The notes beneath the pieces are model-generated. The model saw only the letters and a list, made by a program, of their open reading frames with translations. It had not been told where the DNA came from and did not search any database. This document shows positions 50,472 through 63,945 of a DNA stretch of 64,000 bases, piece by piece. Positions within the stretch are counted from its first letter, which is position 1. Each line of letters opens with the position of its first letter. Source of the DNA: Ostrea edulis (Eukaryota); NCBI RefSeq assembly GCF_947568905.1, contig NC_079170.1, positions 14,136,001-14,200,000 of the forward strand, given 5' to 3'. The translations under genes were made by a program, and so were the position numbers.

Positions 50472-50876
50472 AATGTATTCTCCTACATAACACTATTACG
50501 AGCAATACGTATTTATCCCTGCATAAATCCACTACGGGGTCAACAGACTATGCTATGCTTATGAACATTTGTTAAGAGTAGGTAACAGGTACTACTTTTA
50601 CTAAGGCAATACACATCTAGCAATCACTCTCACTTACTACAGAAATCTATCAATAGATGAAATCAACAGCACAAAATGTATTTACGGTTTTATTTGTATT
50701 CCAAGCAGTGGACTTTCATCCATAATTGATACAAGCATTCCTGTAAACAATATTTTACTATTGTATGTCTAAAATTTCATCTGCTACAACTTTACCCTGG
50801 TCATCGGTGATGCGGAATTGTACCTACTGTGAGATGATGACATTAGGCTTTAGCAAAAAGGTCATTCACAGGATGT

Positions 50877-51075
50877 ATGGCCGATAAGTCGTCAAAGTGC
50901 ATTAAGACCTACACACCACACTGCTTCCGTGCCACAGCAGCCATTGGTGATTGATGTCGGCTTCCAAGTTTAGTCGGGACATCGAAGCGAGACGTCGTTA
51001 AAAACCTATTACAGAAATTTATCGAGTCAAAAGAAGCGTTCAGTTAGCTCATCTTTGTCAACAATTACATGTCCA
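50877..51075 (+). mobile_element. Fossil tyrosine recombinase C-terminus (Crypton-like)
   Basis: KTYTPHCFRATA (H-x-x-R), frameshift, DVGFQV*SGHRSETSLKTYYR (H...Y nucleophile), then NLSSQKKRSVSSSLS. Confidence 0.7.
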
Positions 51076-51622
51076 AATCAAAACCGTCCCTTCCTTCGTG
51101 CAGTTCCACATTCTCTGCGATGTTCAGTTCTTTCCGGAGATTCATCTGAGCTGCGTTCTCTGTCCTGCCTATAAATGATTTGCCTACGCCTGGCGACTGT
51201 CGTCCTGTTCTTCATGTTCCTCCATCTCAGTCTTCTGTCAACTCCGTAATATCCACAGAATATCTTTCAAAGTCGGTCTTCAACGTCTTCCCTTTTTAAA
51301 AGTGAAAGCGCATCACAACTGTAAGTGTAGCATTGCGCACCCCTGTTTAAATCATAATTCCCCACCCCCTAAGATTAAACATATGGAATAGTTTTCCATT
51401 ATAAACTCCCGAGTTAATGTACAAGTATATGTTGATATACTTGCTTTCTAGCGTCTTAATAATTAAAACAGTTCTTCATTTTATGGAACTTTGTTTTGTG
51501 TTGTCATCGTTTTGAACATCTATGACGCTTCGTTGTGGACGTCAACAATTTGAAATGTATGGAAACGTGTTGTTAACACAATTTAGCAATGTTACCGACT
51601 AAAAATGTAAATATAAGTAATG

Positions 51623-51735
51623 AGGTATCATTTTAAAATATTTATCGGGATATGAATACGGGTTGGTACATGATCAAATTTTATCACGTGACCAACCCGT
51701 ATTTATATCCCGATAAATATTTTAAAATGATACCT
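51623..51735. repeat. Long hairpin, 45-bp arms (one mismatch), about 550 bp downstream of the recombinase fossil
   Basis: aggtatcattttaaaatatttatcgggatatgaatacgggttggt / accaacccgtatttatatcccgataaatattttaaaatgatacct. Confidence 0.9.
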
Positions 51736-52666
51736 TATTTCTTAAAACTTTCTTTAAACTTTGTCAAAAGCTAGATGGTACCTTGACACCTGACCCACGG
51801 ACTTTAGAGGTTTCGTTAAATGCAAAGAAAGGGTACCTATTGCAATTTACTGGTTCTCGCCCACTGCTGGATATCGGACAATTTGAAATTTAATTGATAT
51901 TGCTAAAATTACGGTCATGATTGTTTACATCAAATGCATACGTAAGTAAATGTACTGTGTGCTCAAATAAAAAAAGTACACACAGGAGCAGAAAAGCTAC
52001 AACATACGAAGAAAATTTAATTTCTACTAATTTTCGAGCAGAACATTTCCTATTATTTAACTCCTATAGAAATGCTACCAGCTTTAAGAAATGTGCAATG
52101 ATGTTTTATTTCTGAATGACTCTCTAGTTGAAGTAATGAGGCTTCATGATCGTGCAAACGCATTCTGTGACACGAATCTTCATTATGAAAGTCATCTCCA
52201 AAAGATATCAGACTTTCATTTATCGTATCAAAGCCGTGTGTAGGTGTGTGTGTCGGATCTTAATTTTGAAGGTCATATCAGAAAGACCTGTGACCTTCAA
52301 CTCTAATCATGGAAACGAACGCGTCACAACCTACGATGAACATTTTATAGTTGATAAATCGCCGCGATCAAGAATCGAACACTCATTTAGCTAGCTGATC
52401 GACATAACCACACGGCTACTGTGAAATGTATTCATTAATGGAATATACATGCACTATATGATATCTGGTGAAGGCTATAATTTAAGAAACCTGAAATGCA
52501 AATGGCATAACAGATTACGTACATTTGTCAACTCCTGTGAGACACTGTTGTATCTTCTTTTCTAGAATTTGACTACCAGTCATTGAAAGCAAATCATCTC
52601 TTTCCTCCAAGAAACACACTTGAATTCACTACATATAAAGATTTACCTAGGGACAAGTCCTAAATG

Positions 52667-53160
52667 AAAGGTGAAGATAACAAACAGTGATCAATCTCAT
52701 AACTCCTATAAGCAATGCAAAATAGAAAGGTGGGCAAACACGGACCCTAGATATACCAGAGGTGGGACCAGGTGTCAAGGAGGAGTAAACATCCCCTTTT
52801 GATCGATCACACCCACCCTGATCCCTATATCTTGATCAGGCAAACATAATCCGTAGTGCCAAAAATTGTCTAACAATCGATATAAAACATGTCAGACAGC
52901 ATTGGACCCAATGATAGATTGTATTGCCAAACAAGATTGTTATAACGACCATATAATTTACGAAATGCTGAATTTAAACGAAACTGTTGAAACCCCTGCA
53001 CAAACAACTTGTTTTAAGTAGTCTGCCTCGATCTAAAAACAGACCATACGCAGAACAAGCTCTTGCGTATCGATTCAGTTCAGAGATATAAACACCATAT
53101 GCAGGTAATAATGGAATATTCCTTTATAAATATGGATGTTGATGATGGACACCCCGTTTG
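52667..53160 (-). mobile_element. Naiad-type PLE 3' portion
   Basis: gaaaggtgaagataacaaacagtg...gcagaacaagctcttgcgtatcg...ccatatgcaggtaataatgg. Confidence 0.85.
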
Positions 53161-54070
53161 TCTTAAGGTTAAGTTGTTAGTTAATAATGATAACTAAGAG
53201 AACTAGGAGTCGGTTCATGTTTGGAAATAGTAAGATTTAAATTGCACATGCTATTTTATTTTATTTGCTTTACTTGACGAATTGACGCAATGTGTTCAAT
53301 TCAGATCGGACGTACATTATGGATTGCGATGATAAGGCATGTTAAATATTAATGCTGTTCTGCGTTGTGCAGAACGATTTAAATGACCTATAGGTCATTA
53401 AATATGAGTATGGACGCAATGGTTTTGGGGTCCGTTATAATCTTAAATTTTAAAAGAAATTCTTAATAACCATGTGAATATTAATTTCAATACCAATATT
53501 GATTGAAATGAGGGAGATTCTGAATACATTCAGTACAAGACATTTCCATCGTAAGCTGCAAACGAAAATAATATTTGTGGAATGGTAGGTATTTCTTTGC
53601 TTCAAACACGGTGCATTAACTCTATACATATACTATCTTACTAGAATAATTTTGTGACAGCCATCCGTCAATTATAATGGGTTGCTTTTCACTTTATTAA
53701 ATATATTCGTTTATCTCCAACAATACATGGGTTATACATTACCATTAGACTTAGTTACTCAAGGACTTTCAATGTCATTGCTTAATATTTTCGTTTCATT
53801 TAGAATCCTTTGCGAAGTTTGTACGTAAAATATATGTACGACTTAGAATATTTATCGTGCACACAATAGAATAATTGATTATTTCTCCATTTGTGAAAAA
53901 TACAATTCAATTTGTGTATGATTTTATTCAAAATGTGTAAAACAATATGTATAACATATGGAATAAAACAATAAACAAATAAATAAAACAAAGAAATACG
54001 GGCATTGTATAAAAAACATTGGTAAAAGGATTGTTAGATTTCATGCAAAGCTGGAAAGACATTCGGAATG

Positions 54071-55385
54071 TTAGTCATTTTCTTCATATTCAACACACAT
54101 ATTGTGCACAGGATGGAATATTCTTGGTTTTTCGTCCACTGCAGATGGACATCTTCCTTGGAATACCACTCTCTCATACTGACAGACGACGAAATACGGT
54201 GACCTTTCTCGACCTCTCCAGGGGTTAAGGCCGTCTGGTGATCCTTTACAGCTCGGGAAGCGGACATGACATGGAATACAGTGAGCAGATTTACAGTGGT
54301 TGTCTTCATAGTCACCTGGAATTAGGAAAAATGCCATGTTCTGAAAGGTAGTTCATTACACCAAGAATTATTTTTTGGAAACACTTCTTCACGAAATGGT
54401 GATGCAAATGATTTATAAAATGGTTTATATCAATAGATTTCTTTAATCTATTATCGTAGCTCGGTAGATACAGCATCGGTAGCATGTGAATGAGCCATAA
54501 ACCCTGAGTTCAAATATGCCAGTTCTTTTGTTTATATCTTTTGAAATCATGTTTCTGAAATTAACTTTTTAATCCAAAATTGGGATATTTCTGTCTGTTG
54601 AAACATATTTGTCATAAATATCATATCTTTCACATTTAGATAATCTTAGGCTGGTTTAATTCAAGGTGTAGTGAACCACCTGCATGTGACTCTTCATTTT
54701 GAAATGCTTTGTATCGTTATTTTAGATAATAATTATTCACTTCAATTGAATTTCCTCATTATATAATGTATATTGACTGTATTACAATATATAACTTACA
54801 GGCATCTTTTGGTTCATATCGAGTTCCACATTGCACCATGCTGAAATGATCACATCTCTGGGATTTGACATCAAACAATAGTGGAAATGGACATTCCGTT
54901 AGCCTTGGTGTTCCTTCGGTGATTTTGTTTTCACAGTCGTAATATCTGGCACAGTTTCCAGCATATTCTAACTTTTTGTCAGATGGAAACGTGCATTTTC
55001 CTTCAGTTGATTGGGATATTTTTACGCCTGTCAATATATATATAATTAGATTTGGATTAAATTACAAACAATTTTAAAAAACATTAATTAAAATATGAGC
55101 ATCTTTTAGGCGTATACAAAGTTAAAAGTAGATATATGAAGAACGTGACTTTTAGAACTTACACGTGTCGAGAGGTGATCCTTTAGGAACACACGATCGG
55201 GAAGCTGTATTCACCACGAAGTCATCCGGGCACTTGAACGAAAATTCTCTGCCATCTCTAAGAATGTAAATAGTGGAACAATTCTCTGGGTCCACCCTGA
55301 AATCTGTGTCTGTTTTATACAATAAAGCGGACTCTGCAAAGCAGCATAAAGAAACACAAAGTGCAAATAGTAAAACGGCGTTCAT
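54071..55385 (-). CDS. Secreted three-domain peritrophin-A/CBM14 protein, tandem copy 2, 231 aa; exons 55385-55163, 55027-54800, 54315-54071
   Basis: Same exon sizes and splice phases as copy 1; open frame. Confidence 0.92.
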
Positions 55386-56639
55386 GGTTCTTGGTTTTTT
55401 AAAATATCGGAGTTGAACCTAATGTAAGTTATAACGTTAAGTTGTTTCGTACTACTTATTAAGTAAAAACTCTGCAAACTGCATTTATAAGATGTTTCAT
55501 CCCACATTTAAAGTCAGTTTACATTGTAGGTGTGTGGTTAGAAATCTGTTGGCCATTTTTAGACAATGAGTGGGTCGGAAGTGAATATTTTAGAACACGA
55601 TGAAACGCTAGAGTGACTTTCCAATTTTCATTCATTAGATAAAGAAATCGATGTGCTTAGGACGATGCCGGGAAACAGGGGTCTTCGTTACCATTTTTGG
55701 AATGTGAGGTGTATTTCTTACATCGGCACGTTGATATCAGAATAAAGATAACGTTCTCATTAATAACCCACTCAGTGCTAATTGATACGTTAAAATTGAC
55801 TTTCACTTAATGTCATTTTCTACTAATAAACCCTTTTCTTAGATATGTAACAAACAAAATGATTTTTTATGAATACAATGAACAAAATTTACCGTATGGA
55901 ATACAATTTCCTCCACCGATTTCTTAATTATTTTCAAAATAGTGAGCGAAATGTTTAAATTAGGAATGGAGGAGCAATATATAATTCCCTATTATTTGTT
56001 TTCGCAATTTTATATTTACATTTTTTACATCCACATGAAACTAAACAATACATAGAAACATTTCCTTCCACTTTCTCCTTAAATGATTTATGTGATGCTT
56101 TGATGATGTTTTGAAAATTACCTTTGCCGATGAATGAATTGGCATACCAAGATATTCTCTCTATTTCTTAAACTAGATTTTCCCCTAGATAAATTCAATA
56201 AGTCATCCGACCTAAGATCAATACACGATGTTAATTATTTTTTCTTATTATCTACCATTTGATAATTATCTTCATCAAAATACTTCCTCTATACACACAT
56301 GTATATGTAACACGGTGTACTGCATTAATATCTTCAGAAATCGTGTGTTTTTAACTTATTTGCTAATCCGATTTTCGCAGTGCCAACCGAAGTATGGCTG
56401 CTCAAGCTATATTTGTTACCATCAATATAAAACCAAACAATTCGGAATCGACATAAAGTATTTTGATGGGGAAACTCAATTCATAATCAAATTAAGTTTA
56501 AAAGAGATTGATATGAATATACAGAAAAATTGATATGAGGAAACTAGTCTGAACAATTTTATGCTTTGCAATTGCACACTATAGAGTTACTAGCCTGGAA
56601 ATACGAATGTATATTTAATTCTTGTGATAATATTGAGAC

Positions 56640-56838
56640 ATTATTTCCAAAATTAAGGATTATCTCCCTCATGCATAGCTCTGATCCTTAAAGAAAATTT
56701 GACTCCAGTCTTTTGCACCTTTTTTTAGTTCTTACAATTCTAATGTTATTCCGGACTGTCAATACTGCGGCTTGAACATAAATGGAGATACATTATTTGT
56801 CGAAATGCATCACAAATGGCACCGTATAAGTTTTGCAT
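56640..56838 (+). repeat. Highly decayed retrozyme-family copy (core destroyed)
   Basis: aaaattaaggattatctccctcatgcatagctc...acattatttgtcgaaatgcatc...gcaccgtataagttttgcat; CTGAAGA is lost. Confidence 0.65.
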
Positions 56839-58725
56839 TCATTAATTTCTCGTAGAATTGAAAACAATCTAGATTATAGACGTAATGTACCAGTTGTGCA
56901 TTAATCCAATCTAAGTAAAGAAACGTACATTAATAAACCTAAGGATAGCAGATAGCTTGTCATACTCCAATTTGTAAACTGAAAGTGATTCATAAACCGG
57001 TAATGCTATTCAATATTAATAAATAGGTCAAGATCCTCTGATAGTTCAGCGAGAAATGTATCGTGAACAATCTAAACGTAATATGGATATTTTACATAAA
57101 ATGAATTGTAGGAGGAGCACACTTAAATATGTACACCACAATTAGCATCACGATATAATTCATCAATACATACATCTAATATACAATTGTATTTCTAACG
57201 TGCTTGATAGTAGATTGTGTTCGTGACAATATTTAAAGTGACAAGCATTTTTGTCTTGACGGAAACATTAAGCAATATTTTAGTGTTTCAAGGAGATAAA
57301 TTAAGAATAAATCAACATTTTGATATGTCTTACATGGAGTGATAAAAAGAAATAAACGAAAGCGGGGGAAGTCCATTAATATATAAAAACCAATATATAT
57401 ATCAATAAGTTTTCATTGATATATATAATATCAGTTTCAAGAACTTTGCGATGTCTATCTTTGTATTTGATATTTCTAAACGTAAATCATTTCCTTGATT
57501 TCTTTAGTCAATTAGCTATAAGATACAGTTGAAATAAATCGTATATTTTTTCTGCAACTTAATACACATTTAATGCCCATTCATACAACGAATATGTACA
57601 TATGTATTAAAATTTCCACATGACTAAATATACTAATATAAGTAAAAGTATTTTGCTACGCGTTAAGTTGAAGTTCAGATAACGTAAATAAATCGTAATA
57701 AAAGTCATTTGTGAAATAGATAGGGATCGACTCAAATCTGTCCGTTTTCATACAAAAACCCTGCATTTCCATATTATCTAAGCGCGGGAACAAGAGGTGT
57801 TCATAGGAAAGATAGTTCTGTCGAATAGTAAAACAATACCATCCTCACAAGCTTTGATGACATTGACTCGTACGAAAACTTTCGTATCAAAATGGACACT
57901 TTAAACTTTTTCAAACACTCCATTTGCTAGCTGATCGACCAAACCACTCGGCTACCTTGAAAGGTATTCATCATTGAAATATACATGTACAGTGTAGTAT
58001 ATCATATCTGGTGAATGAAATAATTTAAGAAACCTGAAATCTAAATCGGATAGGAGAGTACCTATATCTGTCAACTCATTTGAGACATTGACGTATTTGC
58101 CTTTTTTAGATTTTCAATACCGATCATTGAAAGAAAATTACTTCATTCCTCCAGGACACAAATTTGAATTCACTAAAGATAGAAATTTACCAGGCATTAA
58201 GTCAAATAAAGAATTATTAATTGAAAATATTTATGTCACTTTAACACGTGAAAGGCGACAATAACGAACAGCGATCAATCTCATAACTTCTAAAAGTAAT
58301 ATATACATGTATACACCTTCATAAAAGGTATGCTGACGTGAAGCCATTTAATTGAGACCCTGAAAAAAATAAAGTCATTTTTTTATATTTTATAATTACA
58401 TTTTATTCTCATTCTGCACATCCTCCTCCCCCCACCTACACCCGCTCAATTTCGATTGTTAGGGGATCGTTGATGCTTTACATAGACAATACATTTGAAT
58501 ATAAAAATGAAAATATTACCAGAGAATATAATATCATAATCCCAATGTTATTTATTACAATTGTTTTCATTGGACAAAAATAAAACTGAACAAGAGTTTA
58601 TACATCAATAAATCCGAAAACGCGATGTATTCATACACGCCTGAAAACAAATAACATAGTGTGGGGAAACTATTCAAATTTTTGCAATTGTAAATAAAGT
58701 GAATGAATTGGAATTATAAGAATCA

Positions 58726-58870
58726 AACATTCTTTTTGAAGAATTTATCGATGTGTAAACTCCGGACACTTTACTCACAAACTTAACATAAAAGTGCTTC
58801 GCACTTTTATTCAGTTTGTGAGTAAAATGTCCGGAGTTTACACATCGATAAATTCTTCAAAAAGAATGTT
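58726..58870. repeat. Long hairpin, 58-bp arms (one mismatch), with an inner GC-GAA-GC apex
   Basis: Arms 58726-58783 / 58813-58870; inner ataaaagtgc-ttc-gcacttttat. Confidence 0.92.
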
Positions 58871-59204
58871 TAATCCAATAATATTTCTGTCTTTGTTTTT
58901 TAAAAAGACTTATGAAAGGTGAAAATGACAAATAGTGATCGATCTCATAACTCCTATAAGCAATGCAAAATAGATAGTTGGGCACACACATGGACAATAC
59001 ATCTATTAGTTCATGGCCAGAATGAATGAACTTCATAACTTCAAAATCAGAAATACTTGCCAACGACCGTAAAGGTGAAGATTAACTCCACTGATCTATG
59101 ATATTTATAATTTACAGAACGAGGACCTAATCCAGGATTCCGGATGGGAAAATTTAAATAGTAAATGCTATTTTGTTTCTGCTATTCATATTATTCGTCC
59201 TAAG

Positions 59205-59428
59205 TATTCCCTTTCTTGTCGTAAGAGGCGACTAAATGGGGCGATTCTTCCAATAAGACCGCAAAAACTGAGGCCCCATATCACAGCATGTGTGGCATGA
59301 TAAAGATCCCTCCCTGCTCAATGACCATAAGCGCTGAGCCTTGGCCTAAATTTTGCAGCCCTTCACCGGCAATGGTGACGTCAGCATATGAGTGAAATAT
59401 TCTCGAGCGGGACTTTAATCAATCAATC
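59205..59428 (+). mobile_element. 5'-truncated SINE sharing its 3' half with the 35521 family but with a different middle segment
   Basis: cttgtcgtaagaggcgactaaa...tcacagcatgtgtggcatgataaagatccctccctgctcaatg...cccttcaccgg...gagtgaaatattctcgagcgggac, tail aatcaatcaatca. Confidence 0.75.
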
Positions 59429-60140
59429 ACAGTAGACGTAGGGATTCCGATGCACAAATAATGTTTAATGTTGTTCTGCATTGTGCAAAGCGATGTAACT
59501 GGGTTCTAAGTGATTAGAAATATGTATGAACGCAACACATGTGGTCCTTTGTGATCTGAAATTTTAAGAGAAATTTTGATAACCATGAGAATATTAATTT
59601 TAATACCATTATTAATTTACATGAGCGAGTTCTCTCAATACATATAGTAAACGACATTTTCATAGTAAGACGCAAACAGAAATAATATTAGTGGCATGAT
59701 AAAGATTTCTTTGCATTTGCATTAACCCTATACATGCATTATCTTACAGAATAACACGTTCACTGTCATCCATCAATTATAATCTTCAACAATATCGGGG
59801 TTATACACTCCCACTACACTTAGTTACACAATGGCTTTTAATGTCATTGCTTAATAATATTGTTTGCTTTAGACTCATTACCGAATTTAGCACATAAAAT
59901 TTATGTACGACTAATTATATCTATCATATACACGACGGAGGCATTGGCTGTTTCTCCATTGACAAAAATACAATACAATTAATTTATAATTTTATTCAAA
60001 ATATGTATTAAAAAAACAAATATGTATAAAATTTGCAATAAGATAATAAATAAATAAAACAAATAAATACAGGCATTGCAGTAAGTCATCAGTAAAAGGA
60101 TGATGTAATTTCATGCAAAACTGGAAAGACATTCGAAATG

Positions 60141-61537
60141 TTAGTTATCTTGTTCATATTCAACACACATATTGTGCACAGGATGGAATATTCTTGGTTT
60201 GTCGTCCACTGCAGATGGACATCTTCCTTGGAATACCACTCTCTCATCCTGACAGACGACAAAATACGGTGACCTCTCTCGACCTTTCCAGGGGTTAAGG
60301 CCGTCTGGTGATCCTTTACAGCTTGGGAAGCGGACGTGACATGGAATACAGTGAGCAGATATACAGTGGTTGCCTTCATAGTCACCTGTATCGAAAATAA
60401 CGTTTTATTTAGCAGTCCTTCGTTATAATACAATGTGTGTTCATATAGAGTGCACCCGATGCTTATTCTGACTAACAAAACTACCATGTTCAAAAAAGAT
60501 CATTACACCAAGACTTATATTTTTATGACACTACTTCTGAAGATGTTGATTGAAATGTATTGTAATTGTAAGATTGTTCATATTAATGAATTTTTACTAT
60601 CAACGAAGGTAAGAGGATAAAGCATCGGTTACACGTGACTTAACAACATATCTCAATTTCAAACCCGCCGGGGTCTTCTTGTTTATCTCCATTGCAATAT
60701 TTTTTGAACTAAAGATTTTTATCTAACATTGCATCGTTTTTGTCATTTGACACATAACCTTCAAAGATATCATATCTTTCACGCTTGTGTAATTCCATAC
60801 TGACTTGATAAAATCAAGGTGTAGTGGGTAACTTTGATATTATTCTTCATTTTGAATTGCTTTGTATCCTAATTCTAGGTAATAATCATCCACTTCAATT
60901 GAATTTTCTTATTATATAATGTATATTGACTTTGTGACAATAAAAAAACTTACAGGCATCTTTTGGTTCATATCGAGTTCCACATTGCACCATACTGAAA
61001 TGATCACATCTCTGGGATTTGACATCAAATAATAGTGGAAATTGACATTCCGTTAGCTTTGGTGTTCCCTCAGAAGTTTTGTTTTCACAGTCGTAATATC
61101 TGGCACAGTTTTCAGCATATTCTAACTTTTTGTCGGATGGAAATGTGCAGTTTCCTTCAGCAGACTGGAGTATTTTTACGCCTGTCAATGTATATAATTA
61201 TATTTCTATTAATTTACAAATAATTTTAAAAACAATAATAAAGATATAGGCATTTCATCAAGTGTATTCAAAGTGAAAAGTAGATATATGAAGAGCGTGA
61301 CTTTTAGAACTTACATGTGTTGAGAGGTGATCCTTTAGGAACACACGATCGAGCCGCTGCATTTACCACGAACTCATCCGGGCACTTGAACGAAAATTCC
61401 CTCCCCTCGTTAAGAATGTAGACGGTGGAACAATCCTCTGGGTCCACCCTGAAATTTGTGTCTGTTTTATACAATACAGCGGACTCTGCAAAGCAGGATA
61501 AAGAAACACAAAGTGCAGATAGTAAAACGGTGTTCAT
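60141..61537 (-). CDS. Secreted three-domain peritrophin-A/CBM14 protein, tandem copy 3, 231 aa; exons 61537-61315, 61181-60954, 60385-60141
   Basis: Same exon sizes and phases; open frame; exon 3 reads DYEGNHCISAHCIPCHVRFPSC...CVEYEQDN*. Confidence 0.92.
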
Positions 61538-63672
61538 GGTTATTGGTTCTAAAACATCAGTCAGAGCAGAAGATAATGTAAGTCGTAACGTGAAGTTGTT
61601 TCGTATTACTTATTCAGCAAAGACTCTGTAACTCCATTTATAAGATGTTCCATCCTACGATTCAAGTCAGTTTACATTGTAGATGTGTGGTTAGCAAACA
61701 GTTCGCCATTTCTAAACAATGAGTGAATCAGAAGTCAATCTTCTAGAACATGATGAAATGCTAGAGTAACTTTCCCATTTTCATTCATCACATCAGAAAT
61801 CGATATACTGAGGACGGGTAACACACGTCTTCATTACCATTTTTGGAATGCAAGGTGTATTACTTACATTGGCACGTTGATATCCAAATGAAGATAACGT
61901 TTTCATTAATGAGAAACTCAATGGCAATTGATGGAGGCACAAACTAAAAAAATTAAAAATTGTCTATCACTTAACGACACATTCTACAAACAAACTTTTC
62001 TCTTAAAAAAACGTTGCAAATGAAAATTAACATTTGTTTGTTTTTATCAAAAACACGAATACGATTTACGATAAGGAATGTAATTGTATCCTATTATTTC
62101 TCATTATTTCCAAATGAGTGGTTGAAATATGAGAATTATATAGGGAGGGGTATTATATAATTTCTTAATATTTGTTTTAGGAATTTTCTGTTTTTACCAA
62201 TATAATTCAAATTAATTCAAACAGTAAATAGAAGCCTATTTTATATATGTTTTGTAAGTGTCCTTGAATGATTTCGTATAACACTTCAATCAATACTTTG
62301 AAATTGAATCAAATGACGTGCCGTGACATTTTCTTTTTTCCGACATAAAATATTTCCCATGGATAAATTCAATAAAGTCATCCGACTTAAGGTGACTTTC
62401 CAATGTTCATTGCTTTTTATACCTACCATCTTACATCAAAGTTACCGTTTACACATATATATGTAGCAGCATAGTGCAATGATGGCTTCAGAAATTATGT
62501 AATGAAAGGTGATGATAGGGAAGAGTGATAAATCTCATAACTCCTAGAGGGAATATGAAATAGAAAGTTGTGCCAAGAAGGACTCATGTATATACCGGAA
62601 ATGGGTTCAGTTTATTTGCTCATTCAGTTTCTGTAGTGCCAATCGAAGCATTCCAAGGTACTGAATGCTTCAAGCTACGATTGATAAATATACGACAAAA
62701 TAGTCAGAATTGGAAGTGGAAATCCAACTCAGAATGTAATTAAAATCTTAAACAGGACAATACGAATATCTATAAAATTTTATGTAAAGACATTGGTCTC
62801 AATAAGTTTATGGTTTGCATTTGCAACACTTTTAACTAATATCTTTAAGAATTCAATCATCAAAATCATAGACATGTTGTCTCAGCTGTGCAATTACTCA
62901 TGTGTAAGGAAAGAAAAGAATATCGATAAAACTAAGCATGGCAGATAGCTTGTCAAATAGCGATTTGCAAAATAAAAGTGATTCATAAACTGGTAATGAT
63001 ATGTATTAAATTTATATGGGTCAAACTCTTCTGATAGTGCAATAGGAAATGTATTATGAACAATATTTTACATACTTTGGGTTGTAGAAAAAATACTTGA
63101 ATATGAATACCACAATAATAATTGCAATATAATTCATCAATATATAGATCTAATATACAATTGTATTTCTAACGTCTTTGACGGTAAATTGTTTTCATCA
63201 CAAATTTTAAAGAGTCCCATAATTTTTTTTCTCGACGGAAACTTTAAAAATTGATATTTGTATTACAAGGAGATAATTCAAGAATATATTATCCCTTCTA
63301 CATGTCTTAAACGGAGTGGTAAAAAGAAATAAACTAAAGCGGACAAAACCCTTTAATATATCATCATCACTATAAATTAATATACATGTACATAATATCA
63401 GATTCAAGAAATATTCGATATCCTTTTTTTATTTCCTGTTTCTACACGTACATTCTTTTGTTCATTTGGATTTAGTGAATTAGTTAATATACAGTTAAAC
63501 TGTATCGTATGATTTTCCTCCACCCCAATAGACATGTAATTCCTCATTCATACAATGAAAATTTACTCACGTATATAAATTTCCACAAGAGCAAATATAC
63601 TCACATAAGTAAAAAGTATATTTGTTACGAGTTCAGTCTAAGTTTAGATACCCTAATAAACTCACTTGTATG

Positions 63673-63945
63673 CAAGGTGAAGATAACGAACAGTGATCAA
63701 TCTCATAACTCCTACAAGCAATACAAAATAAATAGTTGGGTAAACACGGACCCCTGGACACACCAGAGGTGGGATCAGGTGCCTAGGAGGAGTAAGCATC
63801 CCCTGTTGACCGGTCACACCAGCCGTAAGCCCTATATCCTGACCAGGTAAACGGAGTTATTCGCAGTCAAAATCAATATGCCAAGAAAGGCTTAACAATC
63901 GGTATGAAACACGTCAGACAGCATTTGACCCAATGTGAGGTTGTT
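63673..63945 (-). mobile_element. Well-preserved Naiad-type PLE 3' terminal fragment
   Basis: caaggtgaagataacgaacagtgatcaatctc...gtatgaaacacgtcagacagcatttgacccaatg. Confidence 0.88.

Noticed and set aside
54019-54315. Overlapping ORFs 54019 (+), 54034 (-), 60089 (-), 60113 (+), 38063 (+), 26352 (+), 31153 and 31220 (+)
   Set aside because: Alternative-frame or antisense shadows of real exons; they recur only because the exons are duplicated.
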